Source of the DNA: a virus
Lineage: Duplodnaviria > Caudoviricetes
Virus record (IMG/VR): IMGVR_UViG_3300037424_000448
Span: 1 to 47,642 of that record
Strand: one strand, 5' to 3'
DNA length: 47,642 nucleotides
Shown: in pieces, positions 7,322-17,421 of the stretch
Position numbering within the stretch: the stretch's first letter is position 1
Layout: each line of letters opens with the position of its first letter
Notes under the pieces: model-generated
Told to the model about the DNA's origin: nothing
The model's input: the letters and a program-made list of their open reading frames with translations, nothing else
Database searches by the model: none
Program-made: the position numbers and the translations under genes

Positions 7322-9566
7322 TTGTTACCTCGTCAAATAATCCGACTTGTTCTTTTTCTTCTAATACTGATTTAATATTAGATACTGCCTGATTAAAATA
7401 TGATTCTTTCAATTCAATTCCTATTCCTTTACGATTCATTTTTATCGCTTCATAAATTTCGGAACCTATACCCATAAAGGGAGTCAATACAATATCACCT
7501 TCCTTCGACCATATTTGCAAGCCTCGATGTATGACTTCGAGTTGAAGCGGTGCAATATGTCTTTCGTCATTATCTTCACGTGCTGCCCGATATTGAAGTG
7601 TATTTGACGGATTTATATCCATCCATATCGGGCTTGCATATCGTTGCCATATATCAATTGATAGATTGCCTTTATTTTCAAAAGTATTCATATCACCTAC
7701 AAAATGATCAAATTCTCCAGTTATCGGATTAAAATTTTCTCCTGGCTTCCTCATAGTGACAAGGTAATCCGGCACGCCTTGCCGACTCATAGCGGAATCT
7801 TTCTTGACTTGTTTGTGTAATAATCCGAGTGCTTTTGTGCGTTGCATTGCAATTACCGGATCCTTCCAAATACAAACTTCTGAATGATAAATAAATCCTT
7901 CCGATTGAAATAGACGAATTAAATCTCCGCGGAAATCCTCAAGTCCAATATATCCAGTATGTTGTTTTGTAGTTGGTAAATTCATGCAATGAAAAGATAC
8001 AAGACGTCCTGACATAGTAACTCGATATAATTCTTTAACTAAATATTTAAAATGCTGGAAAAATTCAATATAGTTTTTGCTGTTTCCCATGTCCTCAAGG
8101 TGATCTGAATAAACATATAAAGAACTAAAAGGCGGACTAAATATAGAATATCCGACTGATTCATTTTCAATTTCAGATATTCTTTGAATACAATCGCCGC
8201 GTAAAAGTTTTACTTTATCATTGATGAAATCTTTTGAAGTATCGATTTGCATAATATATTTTCTCCTCTCATAATTTATTGTATATTGCATTTCTTCCCG
8301 AAGTTCAGTAAATATTTTTTCTTTTTCATAAATTGCAGTTTCTACATTTTGCATAGTGTCCGTTGTTATAAGATAAATATTAACTTTGTCTTTTTGTCCG
8401 AAACGGTATGACCGACGAACTGATTGATATAATTTTTCAAAACTAAAATCAAGAGAAGCGAATATCTGATTATGACAATTTTGAAAGTTCATCCCCATCC
8501 CTGCAATCTTTGATTTTGTAATAAGTATTTTATATTTACCTTGTGCAAAATCGATTAAATTATTTTCTTTTTTATCTGTTTCGTCCGATCCGCGTACTTC
8601 TCTAAAATCATATCCTTTCAATATTTGTTTTAAATAATCTCCTTCTTCATTCTGATTTATCCATATAAGAAAATTTTCTTTTTTATTTTTATCAATTATT
8701 TCTTTTACTTTTTGTAGTCTCTGTTCTTTTGTTTTGCGAAGTTCCCGATTGAAGTCAATTGCATTTACGGATGTATCATTAAATAACATTCCATTATCAT
8801 CTTTTGGAGTTATTATTTTTATATCATAATATTTCAATTCTGGAAGTTTAAATTTTAATCCTTCTTCTTTAAATCCTAAATTTTCAGGATTTGTAATAAC
8901 AGAAGCCCAGTTTCCTACCCATGCATAAAAATCTTTACACGCATGACCCTTAAGTCTCCATTTTGCAGTATCTCCGCCGTCATGGACAAAATAAGTTGCA
9001 AGCATTTCTGTACGCAACATTTGATTTAAAAATTCTGCATGATTGCCGAGTTCCATTAAATCGTTCGGGGAAGGTGTCGCCGTACAAGCTAATTTATACG
9101 GTGTACTTTTAAATAATTCAATAATTTTATTTCTAAGTTTGCCAGTAAAATTTTTAAGAATAGAACTTTCATCAAGAACTATTCCTGAAAAAATAGAAAC
9201 ATCAATATTATCAAGTTGCTCATAATTTGATATTTGTATTCCATTTTTGGCATTATATTTTTCAATTTTAATTCCGAACTTTTCACCTTCAATAATTGTT
9301 TGACCTGATACTGCTAACGGAGCTAAAATCAATACTGGTTTATTTGTATGCTTGTAAACTTCGTGCGCCCATGCAAGTTGCATGATTGTCTTTCCGAGTC
9401 CTGTATCTGCGAATATTGCATATCTGCCTTTTTTAAGTGCTGTTTTTACAATAGACTTTTGAAACTCGAAAAGATTTTTATTTAAATCCTCGCATTGTAT
9501 CTCAAAACCTGATTCAATATGATTAAATATTTTCTTTTCAAGAAACTCCTCATACTGCATATTCAT
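7314..9566 (-). CDS. SNF2-like helicase fused to an N6-adenine/N4-cytosine DNA methyltransferase
   Basis: DTGLGKT, LDESS, TATP, QSVRRSYRFGQ; then FSPPF and TPFMGIGS MTase motifs; start reassigned to 9566 by SD GAGGAG. Confidence 0.85.
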   Translation of the reverse strand: MNMQYEEFLEKKIFNHIESGFEIQCEDLNKNLFEFQKSIVKTALKKGRYAIFADTGLGKTIMQLAWAHEVYKHTNKPVLILAPLAVSGQTIIEGEKFGIKIEKYNAKNGIQISNYEQLDNIDVSIFSGIVLDESSILKNFTGKLRNKIIELFKSTPYKLACTATPSPNDLMELGNHAEFLNQMLRTEMLATYFVHDGGDTAKWRLKGHACKDFYAWVGNWASVITNPENLGFKEEGLKFKLPELKYYDIKIITPKDDNGMLFNDTSVNAIDFNRELRKTKEQRLQKVKEIIDKNKKENFLIWINQNEEGDYLKQILKGYDFREVRGSDETDKKENNLIDFAQGKYKILITKSKIAGMGMNFQNCHNQIFASLDFSFEKLYQSVRRSYRFGQKDKVNIYLITTDTMQNVETAIYEKEKIFTELREEMQYTINYERRKYIMQIDTSKDFINDKVKLLRGDCIQRISEIENESVGYSIFSPPFSSLYVYSDHLEDMGNSKNYIEFFQHFKYLVKELYRVTMSGRLVSFHCMNLPTTKQHTGYIGLEDFRGDLIRLFQSEGFIYHSEVCIWKDPVIAMQRTKALGLLHKQVKKDSAMSRQGVPDYLVTMRKPGENFNPITGEFDHFVGDMNTFENKGNLSIDIWQRYASPIWMDINPSNTLQYRAAREDNDERHIAPLQLEVIHRGLQIWSKEGDIVLTPFMGIGSEIYEAIKMNRKGIGIELKESYFNQAVSNIKSVLEEKEQVGLFDEVTNE

Positions 9567-9792
9567 AATCCATCTCCTCAAATTTTTTTGATCTTCTATC
9601 TCCGCCATGATTCAAGCTAATCAATGGACGTGGTATTTTCTTTGCTCTACATATTACGGACAATGTATGCCGGTCGGTTTTAATATTATGTTTTTTATTT
9701 AATATCAAAACTGCTTTATCGTAACTATCCACTTTAAGCATTATTTTTTCTACTGTTTTCAATCTATCTTCTTTCTTCCAGTATGACATCAC
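9550..9792 (-). CDS. Small basic, possibly DNA-binding, hypothetical protein
   Basis: 80-aa ORF in the operon, HGGDRRS motif. Confidence 0.45.
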   Translation of the reverse strand: MMSYWKKEDRLKTVEKIMLKVDSYDKAVLILNKKHNIKTDRHTLSVICRAKKIPRPLISLNHGGDRRSKKFEEMDYEYAV

Positions 9793-9879
9793 ATCAACTC
9801 CCTTAATATTTCATCGTCTGATTTATCTTCATCACGTTTTTTGAGTATGTCTTTTAAGATTGTGCATTTACGTGTTTTC

Positions 9880-10746
9880 TTATCCATTTAACCCGCCATC
9901 AAGAATTGTTTTTGCTTGCCCTTTTACAAAAGAAGATTTTACAAAAATAGTTTGTCCTTTCTTTTTAGTAAAATGTTCCGAACCTAAATATCTAAAATGT
10001 CCACGCCTTAGGTGAGGCGCAATATCTCTTGTTTCATGAAGATAATCGGCTATGTCTTTTGATAGTGATATTGTTTTGGAATTATTTATATTTGATTTTT
10101 CGCACATATCTTGTGGCGGTTTGTCAGTAACATATTCAGGGAAAGCGGACATATAGAAAATAAGATTAAGGACAATTCTAATCATTTCTGAATCATTATT
10201 TATAAAATCAATTTTGTCAGGATTATCGGATATTTCTACACTGGAATTATCGTCTCCATTAGTTACATATATCTGAAGATGATCATTGAGTAAAGAAATA
10301 TTAAAGAATAATGATCGTGATAAATTTTTTAAAAAAATACATCCAAGAAAACGTTTTACATTTCCATTTATTACTTCATTCTTTTCAATATTTAAAATTG
10401 TTGAATCTTTAAAATTTATTTGTGCAATATCACTTACAATATTTTTTAAATCTTTTATTATTTCTTTTTTTATTTTTGTATTTTTGAAAAAATTTCCGAG
10501 ATCAAATGAATCTACAAAGTAATTATTATATTTATAATTATAAAGTAAAGTAACTATTTCTACTTCTTGCATTGCATTAGATATATCAGCTTTACTTGCA
10601 TTTCTTTTCGTCAATAAATTTGCCAATCCGTTTGAAAAAATTTGTGCAATTGTATCATCACTATATTTTTTTTTCAGTTTTTTAAACATTCTCAATCCAG
10701 GAAAATTTATTTGACTCCACCTTTCAGAATGGGATTTGGTCTCCAT
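9880..10746 (-). CDS. AT-rich hypothetical protein with C-terminal PHLRRGHFR motif
   Basis: 288-aa ORF overlapping the primase end; PHxRRGHxR motif recurrent in phage proteins. Confidence 0.6.
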   Translation of the reverse strand: METKSHSERWSQINFPGLRMFKKLKKKYSDDTIAQIFSNGLANLLTKRNASKADISNAMQEVEIVTLLYNYKYNNYFVDSFDLGNFFKNTKIKKEIIKDLKNIVSDIAQINFKDSTILNIEKNEVINGNVKRFLGCIFLKNLSRSLFFNISLLNDHLQIYVTNGDDNSSVEISDNPDKIDFINNDSEMIRIVLNLIFYMSAFPEYVTDKPPQDMCEKSNINNSKTISLSKDIADYLHETRDIAPHLRRGHFRYLGSEHFTKKKGQTIFVKSSFVKGQAKTILDGGLNG

Positions 10747-13351
10747 CTTCGTCCTCCTCTGGGAAAATTATTCCCTTTAAAATTGTACATTTTTTAGTTG
10801 ATTTATCATGTGGAAAATAAATAGCTATATCCCAATTAACAAATCCATCATGCCGTTTTAATATTTTATTAAATCCTTTTTCTTTATGTATTATTTTTAA
10901 AACTATATCCGAATTATTAGCGATTGCAATATTTTTATCGACTAATTTAATTCCAAGTCTTGATAATGGTAATACAAATCGTTTTTTATCACTATCATTT
11001 TCAAGTTCATAACATTGCATAATACATTCTGATATTTTTAATTTTTCATTTATATGTTTATCTTCATTAAATATGTCAATCGAACAATTTAAAATTTCCT
11101 GAATAAGTTCGTTCGCTTCACTTCTATGCTCCTCAACGGCTTGATATTTATAATATTTTTCAAGAGTAATTTCTATTTGTTGCTGAGTCGGTTCTAATGT
11201 ATCGCACCATATAATTATATACGCCGATGCAAGTAACATATCAGCACGTGATGATCTAATATCTCTATTTGTTTTATTCCTTGCTATCTGTGTAATCCGT
11301 TTTGAAAGTTTAACTATATTTTTTAATCTTTGCCATGTCAGGGATCTTATAGCCTTACAATTTTCAGGATTCAATAATTCTATTAATTCATTTTCAATAT
11401 TATCCCATTCGTCAGCCGTATGTTTTGGCTTTACGAAATTAACTCTTAATATTCTATTTTCATCTTGTATGTTCTCGATTGTGGGGTCGGTTGTTGCAAT
11501 TCCGAACATAGATGAATTTTTATATTTAACCGTACCTTCGGAATGTACATTTGCTTTAACGCCATCGGGAGAATCATCTGAATAGCTTGATCTTATATAT
11601 GCAATAATCGAATCATGGTTAAATTTCATTTTATCAGTTTCTTTTCCGCCTTCGTCAAAAAATACTGGTTTTGAATTTTTCCCGATCTCCCGTCTAATCC
11701 CTGCTTCCGATGTAGTACGCATATCTAAATGTATCATATCGGTAATTTTTTTTATAAATAAAGTTTGGACTTTTGATTTTCCCCAACCAGATTCACCTGT
11801 CATTAAAATTGTAGGTCTATATTCTAAAGCTCCACAAAATGGAGCTAATACTGTCCATCCCATTGTTCTTATAGCGTCGACTTTAGTTTCAAAAGATAAA
11901 TTAAATAATATTTCTTTTATTTTTATCAATAATTCAGGTTTTGCAGGTTCAGATTCTATTCCGACGTCATAACGCGTATCTTTTAAATAAATAAATTTAT
12001 CATCTTTTTCACCATATACAGTATGACCATTATTATAGCAAATTTTATCTCCAGACTTCCAAGCTCCTATGCCTTTTAATAATTTAGAATTAAATTCTTT
12101 TAGTTTGCTAAAACATATTATTACATTAATTGCTTCATCCCAGTCCGCACCATTTTTTGCTTGATATTCTATTTTCCAATAATGCAAATTAGCAATATTG
12201 TTCAATTTACCTTTACTTAAATTATCTGGTCTATAATGTTGATAAAAACCCCATTCATCAATAAAATGTGCTTCATTATCACACATACCCAGTATCTTAA
12301 AAGGCATTGAGGAGCCTTCTACACCTGGACGGGAGGGAGTACCGTCTTTTATTCCTTGCTGAAGGGAATCGGGAGTCGGTGTAGAAGGCTTTTCAATACC
12401 TTCAATATGATTATCAGGATTAAGGATATATTTAGTCAGCTCATCGGGCGACATTATCTGTAAGACTTCGACGATGTCAGCGCCTTTTGGCTTTATCTTT
12501 CTTGCGGCTTCAATAGGTTTGACGATTTTAGCATGGCGTATACTCGATTGTATATTTTTTGCTGCTTTGATACCTGCCTCATCATCGTCAGGAAGTATGA
12601 GCACTTCTCTATTTGCAAGAAAATTCCATGATGCCAATGAAACTTTTGCTGATCCCCCAGACCATGAACATGGGATAAATCCTTCAAGAGTTTTCGCCGT
12701 TTCACAACACTTGGCACCTTCAACGATAAGGATAGATTTATTTCCATAACTCATTACCTCCTGTAAATTATAAATCAATACCGGCGCACCGGATATTTTT
12801 AATGACTTTCCATTATACCAAAATGTTATTACTTCTTTTCCGTTTATGCCGTCTTCAAACCTTACGTCCATTCCAGAAATATTTCCGTCTTTGTCTGTAT
12901 ATGGCCATGAATTTATAATCTTCACTTTGTCCATATCCAGTTTTGAATGTTTGGACATTTTAAATAATTCTAATATTCTTTCCCGGGTGTATATGTCCTT
13001 TGCAGTCTCTCTCGGTAATGTGACATAATCCGGTTGCTTCTTCTCTTTCGGTTTATCCTGCTTCATGTCTGCAATTCCAAGAGTAGAATTAACTGATTTT
13101 ATCAATTCTCCAAAGTGTTCTTTATCATCTGGTATATTTTCAAGCATGGAAGCAACTGCAAATATATTGAAAGACTTACTGCACACGGGACAGTATAACA
13201 TATGACCGTCTTTATTTTCATATATCGTGGCCGACGGATTTTCATCCGAATGGTTCGGGCAGCTATATGTTTTTTTCTTCTGGTCGTAATTTGTCCCTTT
13301 GCGCTCAAGGTATTCCCTAAGACGATTTTTAACATCGGTATAGTCAGTCAT
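10724..13351 (-). CDS. Primase-helicase (zinc finger, TOPRIM, P-loop ATPase)
   Basis: CPNH...CPVC; VEGAK and PDDDEAG TOPRIM motifs; GESGWGKS Walker A and FFDE Walker B. Confidence 0.85.
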   Translation of the reverse strand: MTDYTDVKNRLREYLERKGTNYDQKKKTYSCPNHSDENPSATIYENKDGHMLYCPVCSKSFNIFAVASMLENIPDDKEHFGELIKSVNSTLGIADMKQDKPKEKKQPDYVTLPRETAKDIYTRERILELFKMSKHSKLDMDKVKIINSWPYTDKDGNISGMDVRFEDGINGKEVITFWYNGKSLKISGAPVLIYNLQEVMSYGNKSILIVEGAKCCETAKTLEGFIPCSWSGGSAKVSLASWNFLANREVLILPDDDEAGIKAAKNIQSSIRHAKIVKPIEAARKIKPKGADIVEVLQIMSPDELTKYILNPDNHIEGIEKPSTPTPDSLQQGIKDGTPSRPGVEGSSMPFKILGMCDNEAHFIDEWGFYQHYRPDNLSKGKLNNIANLHYWKIEYQAKNGADWDEAINVIICFSKLKEFNSKLLKGIGAWKSGDKICYNNGHTVYGEKDDKFIYLKDTRYDVGIESEPAKPELLIKIKEILFNLSFETKVDAIRTMGWTVLAPFCGALEYRPTILMTGESGWGKSKVQTLFIKKITDMIHLDMRTTSEAGIRREIGKNSKPVFFDEGGKETDKMKFNHDSIIAYIRSSYSDDSPDGVKANVHSEGTVKYKNSSMFGIATTDPTIENIQDENRILRVNFVKPKHTADEWDNIENELIELLNPENCKAIRSLTWQRLKNIVKLSKRITQIARNKTNRDIRSSRADMLLASAYIIIWCDTLEPTQQQIEITLEKYYKYQAVEEHRSEANELIQEILNCSIDIFNEDKHINEKLKISECIMQCYELENDSDKKRFVLPLSRLGIKLVDKNIAIANNSDIVLKIIHKEKGFNKILKRHDGFVNWDIAIYFPHDKSTKKCTILKGIIFPEEDEDGDQIPF

Positions 13352-13365
13352 ATTTCAGCCAGTGA

Positions 13366-13497
13366 TTATTTAATTTGACATTTTGCTTTTTCGCAATAGA
13401 AACATAAACACTTTTTACATTTTTCCGGTGACTTATCCCTGCAATCTTTTCCCTCTTCACAATCGTAGTTTTCCCAGTCGGCACATTGTTTTATCAT
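13366..13497 (-). CDS. Cys-rich microprotein, 43 aa with 8 Cys (not in ORF track)
   Basis: MIKQCADWENYDCEEGKDCRDKSPEKCKKCLCFYCEKAKCQIK; fills the gap between two operon genes. Confidence 0.55.
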   Translation of the reverse strand: MIKQCADWENYDCEEGKDCRDKSPEKCKKCLCFYCEKAKCQIK

Positions 13498-13498
13498 C

Positions 13499-13789
13499 TC
13501 ATTTCCCCCTATATGGTTTATATTTTCCTGCATGAAACTTGCACTTATGTACTCTATATCTTTTTACTTTTCCGTATCGCGTCGTTTTACACTCAAGGTG
13601 AAGCATTTGATCTGATCTGTATTTCTTGTGATTGCCAGCTCTGACACAATCGTTACATGTTAAATATTGTAACCTTTCCATATCTGCAATTCTATTCCGC
13701 TGATTCTGGAAACTATAATATTCTGATCTCGCCCTAAGCACCGCCGGATTATTAGGGATGTCCCAGAATTCATAGGCGTATTCGTTCAT
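13499..13789 (-). CDS. Hypothetical protein with CxxC...C...C motif
   Basis: ATGA-coupled to upstream gene; SD GAGGAG. Confidence 0.6.
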   Translation of the reverse strand: MNEYAYEFWDIPNNPAVLRARSEYYSFQNQRNRIADMERLQYLTCNDCVRAGNHKKYRSDQMLHLECKTTRYGKVKRYRVHKCKFHAGKYKPYRGK

Positions 13790-14361
13790 TTCTCCTCAAT
13801 CTGCTTTATAGTTCTAAACTCATCCGGTATTACGTTTGGATTTATTTGTAAATCATTTAAATCTCTATTTACGCTTTCGAGTTTACCCAGCGGTATTGTC
13901 ATATTTTCCGCAACTTCCTTTACGATAGCTTCGTTCCTACTGGTTATTATGCACAATTCTTTTTTCTCTGATTGCACGGCGTAATACATTTGCTGCCAAG
14001 ATTTTAACGTTTCATTTAATTTTTTATTATCTTTTTCCAGACCTTCTATTTCGGCAATCCAGCCGGCTTCCATTATGGAAAAATTCATAAACTGAGCGTC
14101 GAGTTTCAATCGTTCTTCTTTGTCGCGTTGTTCTATTATTTGGCGCTCACGGTGTGCAATATGTTTTGTGATTGTATCTTTAAGGTTATCGACGTGAATA
14201 AATTTATCGCTATGATTTTTATGTATGTATGCTTCTACCCATTTCGCTATATGAATATGAATAGATTTATTTATTGCTTCTCTACGAAGATAGGCATAAA
14301 AAATTATTGCGATTACTAAAAGGGAAGGATATAATAAAAAGTAATATGATGAATTAAACAT
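13786..14361 (-). CDS. Membrane-anchored coiled-coil protein
   Basis: N-terminal hydrophobic segment then heptad-rich region; start reassigned to 14361 (SD GAGG). Confidence 0.6.
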   Translation of the reverse strand: MFNSSYYFLLYPSLLVIAIIFYAYLRREAINKSIHIHIAKWVEAYIHKNHSDKFIHVDNLKDTITKHIAHRERQIIEQRDKEERLKLDAQFMNFSIMEAGWIAEIEGLEKDNKKLNETLKSWQQMYYAVQSEKKELCIITSRNEAIVKEVAENMTIPLGKLESVNRDLNDLQINPNVIPDEFRTIKQIEEK

Positions 14362-14450
14362 TAGCATAACCTCGATATTATTATTACGATAATCATTAAA
14401 CACAATATTATGATAGGTATAAGTTTTTGCGATTGCGTATCTTCAAACAT
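14361..14450 (-). CDS. Small membrane peptide, 29 aa (not in ORF track)
   Basis: MFEDTQSQKLIPIIILCLMIIVIIISRLC; SD GGGAGG; TAATG coupling to next gene. Confidence 0.55.
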   Translation of the reverse strand: MFEDTQSQKLIPIIILCLMIIVIIISRLC

Positions 14451-14613
14451 GATAAATACCTCCCGTTTTAATTCCCAAAGGGGATCCGGTTTATCCGATA
14501 CCGGCAAACGGTAATCCAATCATAATTATTCTTTATTCAGTCTTTGATTATGGAGTTAACCTCCGAATAATTATTTTAAATTATACTTTCCCGACATCGC
14601 CAGGAATAATACC

Positions 14614-15417
14614 CTATAGTAAACTCCCCTGATCTTCTGCTTTTACCGGTTTCTTTTCTTCTTTCAGTTTTTCTGTTGCGTCTTCGGATGTTTTCGGCCC
14701 TTTACTATCATCTAAGAACGCAGTCTCAAAGAAATCATCGGCTCCGAGTGCATTATCAAGTTCGTTACTTATAGATAATGAACGCAATAATGCTTTTGTA
14801 ACTGTCTTAATTGCCATACCTAAAAATGATTTTTTCCAGGGTGACGCTTCCGGTTTTGCTTTATACATTGCCGAATATGTATCTCTTATATATTCTACTT
14901 CGTCTTTTGTCATCCATTTTACATGTGTTGTCCCGTCTTTAAATTTTAGTGCTGCATAGAATCCGATAACGTCGCCTCTTTCTGAAAGTGCCGGTTCAAA
15001 TTCGTATTTATCGCCGTCGCTGGTTTTCTTAATTGAGAACTTATCATTTTTACGGACATAATCAGAGCTGAGATGTTCAATTTTTCCGCTATCGAGTGCA
15101 AGTTCTACCATGCCGCCTTTCATTACCTGGTATTGTACTTTGCCACTATATGCGATTAAAGCTGCTTTCCCTTCCGCTGGATTAAGTGATAGCCCTGTTG
15201 TAGCTGCATATCTTAAAGCAGAAAATAAAGTAATCTTTCCCTCTTCGGTTGATAGGCATTTTTTTAATTCATCATTTGATACTATTGCAAGCATAGCAGA
15301 TTTTAAGAAAGTATCTTCGTTATAATCTCTTATAGCATAATTTTTAAGAGACTTTCCGAACTGCTGTAAAAACTTTCCTGCCTGATTGTCAACTGTTAAC
15401 GCTGTTGTTTGTGCCAT
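14614..15417 (-). CDS. recT: RecT-family single-strand annealing recombinase
   Basis: GLSLNPAEGKAALIAY, WMTKDEVE.IR, SPW...MAIKTV motifs; near YqaJ. Confidence 0.9.
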   Translation of the reverse strand: MAQTTALTVDNQAGKFLQQFGKSLKNYAIRDYNEDTFLKSAMLAIVSNDELKKCLSTEEGKITLFSALRYAATTGLSLNPAEGKAALIAYSGKVQYQVMKGGMVELALDSGKIEHLSSDYVRKNDKFSIKKTSDGDKYEFEPALSERGDVIGFYAALKFKDGTTHVKWMTKDEVEYIRDTYSAMYKAKPEASPWKKSFLGMAIKTVTKALLRSLSISNELDNALGADDFFETAFLDDSKGPKTSEDATEKLKEEKKPVKAEDQGSLL

Positions 15418-15422
15418 GATAT

Positions 15423-15620
15423 TTATTCTCCTTTATAGTCCGGATTTTTTACATACATATTTAATCCGAGTTTTATTTCTTTGTGATCCGGTATCGGTAT
15501 ATTACCTTCTGTCGATGCGATGGATATTGTTTTTGTACTTTTACTTAATCCATTCCTTTGCGATAAATCAATTTTGATTGTGAGAATGTTTTTGTCTATG
15601 GTCATGTTTATGTTTTGCAT
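15423..15620 (-). CDS. Conserved small phage hypothetical protein
   Basis: LTIKIDLS..GLSKSTKTISIASTEGN; SD AAGGAG before the ATG at 15620. Confidence 0.65.
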   Translation of the reverse strand: MQNINMTIDKNILTIKIDLSQRNGLSKSTKTISIASTEGNIPIPDHKEIKLGLNMYVKNPDYKGE

Positions 15621-15639
15621 TGATGGTACTCTCCTTATA

Positions 15640-15936
15640 TTAGAATGGTATATTATCATCACTAAACGGACTATCACCTTTCCCTGCCGTGTCAACACTT
15701 CCGCTATCATTGTTTGATTCTTTTTTCTTGACGTCAAACATTGAAATAATCAGTGTGCTTCTGTTTTCAGGGTTGGCTACACCGGCCGGGTTAAATGTCC
15801 TATCTATTAGCATAAATGTTCCGCCGTCATCTTTCTGAATTATGGCGCCGACGTTTAACCATTTCGTTTTTTCAACGCCGTCACGGTCATTATACTTCCC
15901 GTTTGCTACTGCTAAATCTTTGATTTTTTTACTCAC
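15640..15936 (-). CDS. Putative single-stranded DNA-binding protein
   Basis: Acidic DDNIPF tail, beta-rich KTKWLNVGAI core, located in recombination module. Confidence 0.6.
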   Translation of the reverse strand: MSKKIKDLAVANGKYNDRDGVEKTKWLNVGAIIQKDDGGTFMLIDRTFNPAGVANPENRSTLIISMFDVKKKESNNDSGSVDTAGKGDSPFSDDNIPF

Positions 15937-16133
15937 TTTCCCTCCACTTCAAAACATCCGTTATCATTTTTAAAGACTTTCCTCATTGCGTCTTTAGGTA
16001 CTATCATTGATGAAAATATAAATCTCGGCGGACTCCCCTGCACGCTTATTATCTTACATTTCCCGCGTGAAGGCGATACCTGAGTTAATATATCTTCAGG
16101 CGATAAGTCAAGGATTGTTTTTAGTTTCATCAT
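15933..16133 (-). CDS. Hypothetical protein
   Basis: 66-aa ORF overlapping both neighbours by 4 nt. Confidence 0.5.
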   Translation of the reverse strand: MMKLKTILDLSPEDILTQVSPSRGKCKIISVQGSPPRFIFSSMIVPKDAMRKVFKNDNGCFEVEGK

Positions 16134-17179
16134 TTGAAATATAACACTCCATTTTTATTTTTTCCATACGTCGCAATATTCTTTCCAGATCTTGATTTTA
16201 AAATAAATTTATCCGATGATTCGTCGTCAACAACTGCTCCCTCTTTACGCATAAAATCAAGGACTGATACTTTTATCATTTCCGCACGTTTAGCAAGCTG
16301 CCCGCCAGTCCCGATCTCATCTTTGATATTATCGCGCTCAGTTACCAGCCTTTCTATTTCTTCGCTGGCAATGATTGTACCGACCGGATTCGGACATAAC
16401 GCCTTGACATCATCATACGATTGTATCGGCGGTTCAACGGCTTTAAGGACATAGTTATTCCAGAAGTCGGCGTATTTTGTGAGCATGAGGGATTGTAGTT
16501 CAGGATTAGGTTTTATTTCGTATTGATGGAAGTATCCCATTTGATCGAGAGTAAACGCCCAGTCTTTAGGCCATGCTGAGAAATATGGCATAATTTCTTT
16601 TTTTCTTATGTAGTAAGTTTCGCCTGATGTTGCGATTTCCCATCCCATCTCTTCCCACTCTTCAACTCGTTTCGGGAATACTAAAACGGACAATATTACT
16701 TTTTCGGCTCCGGTACAAATCATTTGATGCTGGCATTGCAATTGATATTCAATAGGTACTTCATCCGTCCCGGGTTCGCCAAAATTATCTTTGAAATAAA
16801 AATAGGATGTTGTCTTGCCTTCGTGAAGGACGTTGACATTTTTCGCATATTGTCCGTCAATGTGACAGGTTAATATATCAGGCTCCAGAGTTTCTTCGAA
16901 ATGTTTAATTGATATCGGTTTACAAAAATATTTCTCTCTGAATCCGATAACATCGTTAAGTTTTTTTTCCGCCAACTCAACAATAGCAGACTCAAACGCA
17001 TGTCCCCATTTCATCGCTGAATTGTACTCGAATACCGGAAACGTATATCCTCGACGTTCACAAAATCCAGGTTCCCTGCTTTCCATGATTTGTAACCATG
17101 CCTGAACAGGCGTGCTGTAAGATGATTGTCCGAGTATTGCAGCCGACCTTGATGCTGATATATTTATTGGTGTTGGCAT
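16130..17179 (-). CDS. YqaJ-like recombination exonuclease
   Basis: ISASRSAAILG, AMKWGHAFE, HIDG, EGKT, YQLQCQHQM; start reassigned to 17179. Confidence 0.85.
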   Translation of the reverse strand: MPTPINISASRSAAILGQSSYSTPVQAWLQIMESREPGFCERRGYTFPVFEYNSAMKWGHAFESAIVELAEKKLNDVIGFREKYFCKPISIKHFEETLEPDILTCHIDGQYAKNVNVLHEGKTTSYFYFKDNFGEPGTDEVPIEYQLQCQHQMICTGAEKVILSVLVFPKRVEEWEEMGWEIATSGETYYIRKKEIMPYFSAWPKDWAFTLDQMGYFHQYEIKPNPELQSLMLTKYADFWNNYVLKAVEPPIQSYDDVKALCPNPVGTIIASEEIERLVTERDNIKDEIGTGGQLAKRAEMIKVSVLDFMRKEGAVVDDESSDKFILKSRSGKNIATYGKNKNGVLYFK

Positions 17180-17272
17180 ATTACATCCCCACAAGATAAT
17201 GAATTGACCAGACTGTTCCACATATTAAAACTAAAAGGAAGATGAATAATAATATTAAATAAAATACTGGTT

Positions 17273-17419
17273 TCATTTCGCACCTGCCTCTTTACATTCT
17301 TTGCAGAAGTCCTCGACTTTATAAACCGGTTTCTTTCTGAACTCCGATTTGACTTTCTCTTTCTTTACGATCTCGCCGCAGCTTCGGCAGATTGTGATTT
17401 GGTAGTAATAATTGTCCAT
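17273..17419 (-). CDS. Small zinc-finger protein, 48 aa (not in ORF track)
   Basis: ICRSCGE...FCKECKE; SD GGGAG. Confidence 0.6.
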   Translation of the reverse strand: MDNYYYQITICRSCGEIVKKEKVKSEFRKKPVYKVEDFCKECKEAGAK

Positions 17420-17421
17420 TG

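Noticed and set aside
14455-14612. tRNA or hammerhead ribozyme
   Set aside because: No cloverleaf with a T-loop and no CUGAnGA/GAAA core; kept only as an unclassified structured RNA
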